This document shows, one piece after another, positions 54,701-64,000 of a stretch of 64,000 nt of DNA (positions are counted from its first letter, which is position 1; each line of letters starts with the position of its first letter). The stretch comes from Octopus vulgaris (taxonomy: Eukaryota): the NCBI GenBank assembly GCA_951406725.2, contig OX597823.1:10230001-10294000 (forward strand), read 5' to 3'. The notes under the pieces were generated by a model. It did no database searches. It saw only the letters and a list, made by a program, of their open reading frames with translations, and had not been told where the DNA came from. Both the position numbers and the translations under genes were made by a program.

Positions 54701-55043
54701 TGTACATAAACACACACAGATATATATATGTATGTATGCTTGTATCTATGTTTTTGTCAACAGAAATACTGTCAAGAGCAAAGGCATGTGTTTCAACATT
54801 ATATACGAATACAGACAGACAACTAAAATTCTTGATTTATTCAAATTCTCTCCGCGTCCAGAGGATGTATCACTATTAGCAAACGGCACCTAAGACCAGG
54901 TCCATTCGTTAAGGGGAGATAATTTCAAGAATCAAAAATTCTCAAAGAAAATGACAGGCTTATTGGCAGTTATTGGGACGGTTTTCTGTCTCACTAGTCT
55001 ACATCACAAGTTCCAACAGACTTACCCTTGATATCCAAGGGAT

Positions 55044-55074
<31 letters not shown>

Positions 55075-55083
<9 letters not shown>

Positions 55084-55702
55084 TGCGTGTATATGTGTAT
55101 TTGCATGCGTCTGTGTGTGTATGTGTGTGTGTGTGTGAGTGTATATGTATATTTGCATGCGTCTGTGTGTGTACGTGTGTGTGTGTGTGTGCGTGTATAT
55201 GTATATTTGCATGCGTCTGTGTGTGTGTGTGTTTGCGTGTATATGTATATTTGCATGCGTCTGTGTGTGTAGGTGTGTGTGTGTGTGTGTGCGTGTATAT
55301 GTATATTTGCATGCGTCTGTGTGTGTGTAAGTGTGTGTGTGTGTGCGTGTATATGTATATTTGCATGCGTCTGTGTGTGTATGTGTCTGTGCGTGTATAT
55401 GTATATTTGCATGCGTCTGTGTGTGTATGTGTGTGTGTGTGTGCGTGTATATGTATATTTGCATGCGTCTGTGTGTGTATGTGTGTGTGTGTGCGTGTAT
55501 ATGTATATTTGCATGCGTCTGTGTGTGTATGTGTGTGTGCGTGTATATGTATATTTGCATGTGTCTGTGTGTGTATGTGTGTGTGTGTGTGTGCGTGTAT
55601 ATGTATATTTGCATGCGTCTGTGTGTGTATGCGTGTGTGTGTGTGTGCGTGTATATGTATATTTGCATGCGTCTGTGTGTGTATGTGTGCGTGTGTGTGT
55701 GT
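55075..55702. repeat. TG-derived minisatellite, 12 units of about 44-54 bp
   Basis: Unit GCGTGTATATGTATATTTGCATGCGTCT(GT)n with 12 ATTTGCAT cores. Confidence 0.9.
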
Positions 55703-55809
55703 GAGAGAGTGTAACTTCATATTTTATTCTTTATTGAAAAAACGTGTTTGACGATACAAGGAAAACAGAAATGAAATACAGAAAGAAAAAGGAAAGTAGA
55801 TGTGATTGA

Positions 55810-56096
55810 TAATTGTTATTTACATTTTGAGGGATATTTCTCCTCATAGTGTTTGTTTTGGCTGATATACCCGCCAGCCTTCATCAGGTGTCTTAGGGAA
55901 ATTTCGAACCTAGGTTCTCATTCCTAAGATATTTTTCAATCTCACTATTATTATTATTATCATCATTATCATTATTATTATTCAGGTCACTGCCTGGAAT
56001 CGAACTCGGAATCATAGGGTGAGTAGCTCGCGCTCTTAACCACTACGCCATATAAATAATGTACATAATTCCTCATCTCTTAAATTTAGAACTGTA
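55810..56096 (-). mobile_element. tRNA-headed SINE-like element carrying an HHR remnant
   Basis: A box TGGCGTAGTGG and B box GAGTTCGATTCC (56051-55985), a TAA-rich spacer, then CTGATGA-aggctg..cagcc-AAAAC (55887-55855). Confidence 0.65.
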
Positions 56097-57230
56097 TTCT
56101 TGTTATTGTTGTACTTGATTAACCGAAAGTCATATTTGATTGAGAAAACCTCATCAAAATTGTTTTATGCAGTGAAAACCTATCCAATTTTTTTTCGCAG
56201 AGATAATGTGTAACCGGGATCAATTTATGTAATGCATGTCTCTGCTGTTGAGACCTTAAAGTGTCGTTTGAGGAAGATGCCGATTCTATTTCTAGGAGGT
56301 CGATTTGAATCATGATGGTAAGTCTAAGAAGAAAGGAAGCCGAAAATTGGAAAGGAAGATTTTCAACATGAGGAAATCATGTTTGTAAATCTAAGATAAC
56401 TAATTAAGGCTATAAAAGTTTAAACAATGATTGATGACAGAATATCTGAGATAAATTTTCCTGATATTTTTTTCTCTCCTCTAAATATTTGTTAAATTTG
56501 AACTATGGAGAAGTATCAACAGCTCTGAAAGAACCACAAAACATAATAATCGATAATAATAATTTTGTATGTTGTCACAAAGCCAAGTGAGAATATGGAT
56601 GACTGAATCAATTGTTTTTACAAATTTACTTCATGGCCCCGGAAGAATACAAAGGCATGAGTTGAACTCGGTATTTAGAAATATGTAGTGAGTTATGTCA
56701 AAGTGTTTAAAGCAACGCTCTATAATCTGCCAATTCAGACTCTTTCCTAATAATGAAATCTTGACTCGTCACAAGGTCAATATTTTGCGACGAAAGGACA
56801 GTCGCTTTAATACATCACATTATCTCATTATCATTACTGATAATTAATTCATCGACCTTGGAATGATAAAACATGAAACGTCAACCACTGTAAGATTGGA
56901 GGACAAAAATTCCCACACACATAAATAATATGTAAGTTACTTGTTAAAGGTTATTGATTCTGTCAATATCAAAACATAACAACAACAACAACAACAACAA
57001 CAAGAGGCGGAGAACACCAGCCTTGACAGCGGTTGGACTTTTTCTTCGCTGCTCTGACCAGTTGGCAGCTGAAGACACAGCAACACTAATATTACCCAGC
57101 AAGACAACTGAAAAATAACTCTCAAAGACTGTAATATCTTCAATTTCTTGTGCGTATTTTAAATTCACCTCAAAATAAGTTAAGAAACTTACATATCTAT
57201 AGTTTTCGATCGCACAAATGATCAGCTTTA

Positions 57231-57582
57231 AAAACTTTAATATCTACAACTTCTGTGAATACCTATCCTTTCTTTTCTCTGCGAGTATTCGAAAATGTAA
57301 CTATCCTTTTTATTCTAAGAACACTACAGTTTTCTCTGTTCGGATATACAAAAGATCATCTTTAGTAAATTTTGAAAACTTAATGTCTATAATATTCTGA
57401 GAAAATGTTACCCTCCTTTTCTTTCCTTTCCTTTCTCCCCGAGTATTCGAAAATGTAAACATGTTTTTTTATTGCAAAAACATTATAGTCATCTCTGATC
57501 GGACATACAAAAGTTTATCTCTAGAAAATTTAAAAACTTTAATATCTACAATTTTGTGTAAAAATTCTACCTTTCTTTTCTC
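57231..57582 (+). repeat. Degenerate tandem repeat, ~150-bp unit, about 2.3 copies
   Basis: Recurrent AAAACTT(T)AAT, CGAGTATTCGAAAATGTAA and TCGGA(T/C)ATACAAAAG. Confidence 0.7.
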
Positions 57583-58399
57583 AATGCCTACCCGACTATG
57601 TAAACATAACTTATATTGCAACAACACAATTAAATGCATGATAAAAAAAAAATTGGGGGTTTAGTACCTCCACAATTACAAAAACTGTAAACCACAGTAA
57701 AACTTATAAAAAGAAAAGAGAAATTTGGAAAACAAACAAAAATTCAGAAATTAAAAAGTTCATGGATGTGAACATCAGTATTATATAATTATTTTTTCTA
57801 TCAGTAATTAAAAATAGAGCAAGGTGAATGGGTTCTTTTCAAGGCGAAGTTCAGAGCTCTCATGGTCGCTAGTAGTAGTAAACACATTTGTTCTCTGCTG
57901 ACCCCAAGGGTGTGAGGCCTCTTTTGTCCCATTACCGCACAGGAATGCCCATTACTAATTTCCTCACCATCTGCACAATCTATTTACAGATACCTGTGGA
58001 ATTTGGCTTATCAACCCAGCTGCTTCTTTTCCTCCTGCTGTTCCCTTCAAACCTCACATATTTATGATTATCTCAACTACATGACAAAAGTTGAAACTAA
58101 ACAACATTTAATAATACCACACAGCAGTAGTAGCAAAGGTGGCAGATTAAAATAAATCATGGTTATGCTCTCACCATGGCTACAAAGGTTAGTCGCAACT
58201 ATGCAGATCAAGGCACTATTGGTGGTAACTAACAATGCACAATGTTGCAATAGCAAGGTTGAAGTAACTGTAACGGTACTTATGGCGGGGTCGACGATAC
58301 TGGCAGAGACAACAACCGTCTCTACATCTTCCACAATACAGGGCTCAATAATGATAATTTTAATGTAGCACAAATATACATAACGTTAATCTGGAAGTG

Positions 58400-61282
58400 C
58401 GTCCCCCAGGAGAGAGCCAGCCTCGGGTCGAAAAGTCATCCACTGGCACAAACCCTCCTGTGAATACGAACCTGGATAGTCACTTGAATAATAACTATTC
58501 CAACTCGACCCGCTCCAATTCCACAACCACACCGACCATAGAAAGAAAAATGTAAGAGGATCAAATTGACCCGAGAAGAGAATACAGAAGTAATATACGC
58601 CTCTTACTATGCATTAGGCCGGCAATCTGAAGAGAAACACACAGCACATTCTTGTTAAATATGGAGAACACGAAATCAATACAGCAGACTATATTTGGAC
58701 GAAAACAAGTTAGCAAATACTGAGAGGGATATCCTCAGAAATAAAAGACTCACAGATAGTGAAATAACTGCGATCAAGCATGCAGCAGAAAATGACCTAA
58801 GTATAAGACAGAAAGGAAATGATGAACCAGTCGAAGAGAGCAACTCTCCACGAGCCTCAATTGAATGACTGCAATCTGACCAGAACATGCGAAGGTCTGG
58901 ACTACCATCTGACCAGAACATGCGGAGATCTGGACTACCATCTGACCAGAACATGCGAAGGTCTGGACTACCATCTGACCAGAACATGCGAAGGTCTGGA
59001 CTACCATCTGACCAGAACATGCGAAGGTCTGGACTACCATCTGACCAGAACATGCGAAGATCTGGACTACCATCTGACCAGAACATGCGAAGATCTGGAC
59101 TACCATCTGACCAGAACATGCGAAGATCTGGACTACCATCTGACCAGAACATGCGAAGGTCTGGACTACCATCTGACCAGAACATGCGAAGGTCTGGACT
59201 ACCATCTGACCAGAACATGCGAAGGTCTGGACTACCATCTGACCAGAACATGCGAAGGTCTGGACTACCATCTGACCAGAACATGCGAAGGTCTGGACTA
59301 CCATCTGACCAGAACATGCGAAGATCTGGACTACCATCTGACCAGAACATGCGAAGATCTGGACTACCATCTGACCAGAACATGCGAAGGTCTGAACTAC
59401 CATCTGACCAGAACATGCGAAGGTCTGGACTACCATCTGACCAGAACATGCGAAGGTCTGGACTACCATCTGACCAGAACATGCGAAGGTCTGAACTACC
59501 ATCTGACCAGAACATGCGAAGGTCTGGACTACCATCTGACTAGAACATGCGAAGGTCTGGAGAAATAAATTGTAATGAACCTGATAAAGATAGCGAGGAA
59601 AGTGGTAAAGAAACAACATTTGAAGACTAAACATTTACTGAAGAACTCAGAGAGTCTATGATAGAACTGAAGCAGAAAATCCTGAATACGCATGATAGAG
59701 AACCACTTCATAAGCTCTCAAATACAATCCAAAAAGAAAACAAATTAAAGTTGAAAACTATGTAACAAAGGAAATTATACAAGAATTAAACCAGATTTCA
59801 CTGAATTAAATGAAATTATTTACGCAGTGGCTAAGACAATTGAAACCAGTTGTATGCCTCTGAAAAAAACAAAGAAATACAAACCTGAGAAGAATTCCAA
59901 ACTGGAAAAGTAAAATTGGAAAAAGGGATTGAAATAATGAGAGGTGAAATATCAATATTAAATGAACTAATCTGTGGAAACAATGTAAAAAACAGATGAG
60001 GAAGAAAGATGAAGAGAACTGCTTTCAGCAAAAGAAACACTGCCACAAAAAGTTCAAGCAAAATCTCAAAGAATACGAAGATTTGAGAAGAGAAACAAAT
60101 TTGCAAACATAATAAGCTGTTCACATCAAATGCGAAAACATTCTACAGAGAAATAGGATAAGAGAAAATAACTTTGAAGACCTCCCCTCCACTGCCATGT
60201 AAAAAGTTGAAAACTTCTGGAAAAGTATCAGGAGTAATGAAAAGAACTTACAATGAAAATGCAAATTGGATTAGACACACAAAAGTATCCTATGAAAACT
60301 TACCAGACGAAGCATGGGAAGACATAACAATAGCAGACATAAGGATGACACTCACGAAGGCTCATAAGTGGAAATCTCCTGGTAATTATGGGGTGCCAAA
60401 TTACCGGCTCGACTTCCTTCCGTTCACACATAAAAAAGTTAGTCCACTTATGCATTGAAATTATGAGAGATTCTACGAAAATTCCCGACTAGCTAGCAAG
60501 AGGTATTACTTACCTATTTCCGAAGAATAATGAAACCGAATTTCCCCCAAAAACTATCGGCCCATAACGTGTCTATCTATCACGTATAAAATGTTAACAT
60601 CCATCTTCTTGGAGAAAACATACAAATTTATGGAACAGAAGAATATTTTCTCCACTGAATAAAAAGGGTACCGACGAGGCGTATATGGATGAAAAGATCA
60701 ACTCTTAATCAATCTCATGATCCTTGAGAACTGTCATGACAAACGCAGAAATCTCAGTTCTGCATGGATTGATTATAAAATGTCTCCGACAGCATACTGC
60801 AATCATGGATCTTGAAATCGCTGGATATCTTCAAAATTTCACCTGTGATTTCAAATTTCAATTGTCAACGTGGAATACGAATCTCCAATTATACCATTCA
60901 ATCGGAGTACTGACCACAAATGATATCACTATCAACTGCGGCATTTTCCAAGGTGACTCACTTTCACCTTTAATTTTCTGCATAGCCCTAATACCCTTTA
61001 TAAGTAAACTCAACAGAACACGGTATGGATATAAAAATTTATATGGATGACTTAAAACTCTATGGCAAAGACGACAATGAGTTTGAAGGACCACTACGTA
61101 CTGTGAAAGCATTCAGTGATGACATTGAGATGGAATTTGGTCCTGACAAATGTGCCAAGGTCACTTACTAGAAAGGGAAACTGAAGATCTCACATTCAGC
61201 AGTGATGGATGTTGACTCAGTCAGGAAAGAACTCGAGCAGGAACCACTTACAAATACTTCGGAATACATGAGGGCGCGGGCA
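58400..61282 (+). mobile_element. Decayed R4/Dong-type LINE, N-terminus through RT
   Basis: TREENTEVIYA, HKWKSPG, NYRPITCL, KDQLLIN, AWIDYK, GIFQGDSLSPLIFCIAL, LYMDDLKLY, EFGPDKCA, with many stops and frameshifts. Confidence 0.9.
58875..59560 (+). repeat. 33-bp minisatellite, about 21 copies, inside the LINE ORF
   Basis: ATCTGACCAGAACATGCGAAG(G/A)TCTG(G/A)ACTACC encodes SDQNMRRSGLP in the LINE frame. Confidence 0.97.
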
Positions 61283-61532
61283 TTCAACACACCAACATCG
61301 GTTGTCAAGTGACGGTGCGGCTACAAACACAAACACACATACACAAATATATATATATATATACAACGAGCTTCTTTCAGTTTCCGTCCGCCAAATCCAC
61401 ACAGAAAGCTTTGGTCTGCCCGAGGGTATAGTAGAAGACACTTGGCCAAGGTGCCACGCAGTGGGACTGAACCTGGAAGCGTGTGGTTGGTAAGCAACCT
61501 TCTTATCTCTTACCACACAGCCACTCCTGCGC
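61283..61532 (-). mobile_element. SINE family B (3' truncated)
   Basis: Matches the family; abuts the LINE break. Confidence 0.8.
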
Positions 61533-61591
61533 CGGTGCGTATGTGTGAATATATATATATATATGTATATAAAAATATATGACATCCCCAA

Positions 61592-61659
<68 letters not shown>

Positions 61660-62544
61660 ATGTATAGGTATATATATGTGTATACACACGTATACATAGG
61701 CATGCATACACTTACAGAAGCAGACATACATATATTTATATATGGATATAATATGTGTGTGTCTGTCAGAGCGTGCACACACGCATAAATAGTTGCTCTC
61801 CTATATACAATACGTATGAGAGAATTTTTGTCATTTGCACAGAGGAAAGTATTATATTGCATGAGAGAAGAAAGATATTGGAATGAGTAGAGTGTGAGAA
61901 ATGTATCAGTTGCTTACGTGTCCTACAGCGATTAGTCAGTAGCATGTGCAAATATATATATGTATGTTATGGCTGTAGCCACCACGTCTATCTTTCTCTC
62001 ACCTCATATCTGTCAATCTTCATCAGCTAAGTGCTACTCAGCTCGTGATATTTCTCCTCTCGGCTATGATTTTAACTAATCTGTACTGTTTAGCTTCTCT
62101 TGCTTACATATTTACAGCCACAATAATTCAAACAAAAGTCTCGATGGCTACATCTGTAGCAACGGCAGCGCTTAACGACAACAACAGCAGCAAACATAAA
62201 AACGACCGCAGCAACAAATATATATAAAAGCCAACGAAGAAGTAACAATACTGTCGATGAACATACTTGAGTGACCAGCTAAATATTCCTCAAAGAATAT
62301 TGTTCTTTAAAATAATGTCACATCAGTTAATATAGTCAGAAGGACTCTTAATGGGATGGAATGAACCTGTTTGGAACTGCTTTAATTATAGTTACATTAA
62401 ATGCATCAACGAAATTTTAGTTTTAATGTCTATGAACGAGCAACAGTGACTGTGATGCTGCTACCTGCTAAAATGGTCCTCCAAATGCTTGCTGTAATGT
62501 GAACTCTGCTAAACCTACCCAAAGACCAGACGGTGGTGTATATA

Positions 62545-62777
62545 GGCGGCGAGCTGGCAGAATCGTTAGCACGCCGGGCGAAATGCGTAGCCGTATTTCG
62601 TCTGCCGCTACGTTCTGAGTTCAAATTCCGCCGAGGTCGACTTTGCCTTTCATCCTTTCGGGGTCGATTAAATAAGTACCAGTTACGCACTGGGGTCGAT
62701 ATAATCGACTTAATCCGTTTGTCTGTCCTTGTTTGTCCGTTCTGTGTTTAGCCCCTTGTGGGTAGTAAAGAAATAGG
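62545..62777 (+). mobile_element. SINE family A, full monomer
   Basis: GGCGGCGAGCTGGCAGAATCGTTAG...GTAAAGAAATAGG. Confidence 0.9.
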
Positions 62778-63805
62778 TGGTATAGATTCAGCCTACCACC
62801 GAAATAGGTCACGGTGGGGTTGGAACATGGAATGTAAATAATCGTAATAAATGCTGAAAGGCATCTGGTTCGACGTTTCTACGTCCTTGCCAGTCCAGCG
62901 CTCTTGGCAGGTTAATATTTTATGGAATTCGAAGGGATGGTAAGTTTACCTTGACGAGGTTTGAGTATGGGTAGGTTGATCTTAGCGGTAAAGTATTCGA
63001 TCATATATTTATAACACGGTTTGTGTTGATTTGAGGTTAAAAAAGAAAATAAACAAGAGAATCTCTAGCTTAGACATCGTTACCACCTCAGCCGCCTTAA
63101 ACAGCGAGAACAATGATGACATGATATCAAGTCTGACAGGGAAATTGTTATATGAATCAAAGCGGGAACCTCCTCAGAGTCTTAGAAAATAACAGCAGTA
63201 ATTAAAACAGCAGCCGTAACTCACGCCCAAACAATAACAATGGCAGTTACAATAACATACAATCACTTGCATCAACAACATACTGTGAAACTAATGAGTC
63301 TGTACGTGATCGCTAAGTCTGCTAGAAATAGCAGTGAAAACCGCTTCAAATAAAGTTTTAGTGCCTGCAAAAATTAAAACATGGAAGGAAAGAAAACTTG
63401 AAGAATATATGCAAACTTGGATGTATTTTCTGAAAATATGATCCGTCAGACACCGGTGAATCCTTTTAATTGAATGTTTGTTTAGGTATATCTTACATGT
63501 GGGTGAAGAACAATGAAAATAATGGCAACAAATATAATGAAAATGGGAAAATGAGAGAAAAGACGAAAGGAAGAATGAAGGAAAAGAAAGTAGTAAAAGA
63601 ATGCATGTGAGTTTTATTTTCGACCAGTCTAAGTACCCGGCGTTGCTCGGAGATTTAAAGAATGTTAATCCTTTCGATATCAACCCGGCTGAAACCGTTT
63701 CTGGCTCTGTAGTACAAATGTCTTGTTTTCATAAGTTTTGAATTAAAATCTTCCACCAAACCTTAGTCACAATATATGTTCGTAACACTAGCTTAATGAT
63801 AACTA

Positions 63806-64000
63806 AGCTGGCAGAAACGTTACCACGCCGGGCTAAATGCTTAGCGGTTTTTCGTCTGCCGTTACGTTCTGAGTTCAAATTCCGCCGAGGTCGACTTTGC
63901 CTTTCATCCTTTCGGGGTCGATTAAATAAGTACCAGTTACGCACTGTGGTCGATATAATCGACTTAATCCGTTTGTCTGTCCTTGTTTGTCCTCTCTATG
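63806..64000 (+). mobile_element. SINE family A, runs off the window
   Basis: Matches the family. Preceded by a possible piggyBac-like MITE end TTAA-TCCTTT at about 63665. Confidence 0.85.

Noticed and set aside
56937-57168. Signal-peptide-like minus-strand ORFs
   Set aside because: Non-ATG starts, hydrophobicity partly from a (TTG)n repeat, and weak splice signals.
58875-59560. CRISPR-like array or repeat-protein gene
   Set aside because: Units are contiguous with no unique spacers, there are no cas genes, and the array lies inside a eukaryotic LINE.
63319-63334. Match to the Cas9 sgRNA tetraloop GCTAGAAATAGCA
   Set aside because: Only 13 nt, no other scaffold sequence, and variants occur elsewhere as an endogenous motif.

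Overview
AT-rich, microsatellite-saturated animal genomic DNA with no intact host gene. The SINE families suggest an octopus or other coleoid cephalopod; this is an inference from remembered SINE consensus sequences, not a search result. Almost all ORFs in the track are artefacts of (TA)n, (CA)n, (GATA)n and (TAA)n repeats. The window holds three tRNA-derived SINE families (more than 25 copies, some multimeric or nested) and LINE relics: R4/Dong-type in TAA repeats, RTE, RTE-X-like, CR1-like, and 3' ends lodged in (GATA)n. It also holds two mariners, non-autonomous Helitrons, a Ginger/integrase-like relic and a Penelope-like GIY-YIG fragment. The most notable signal is a dense set of short (TA)n-embedded insertions with an inverted arm, spacer, arm and 3' tail, many carrying hammerhead ribozyme (HHR) motifs. 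One HHR has a fully canonical core (42102-42169, minus). Two share a CCGANGA core variant, several inversions break inside the HHR itself, and one HHR remnant sits behind a Pol III tRNA-type head (55810-56096).
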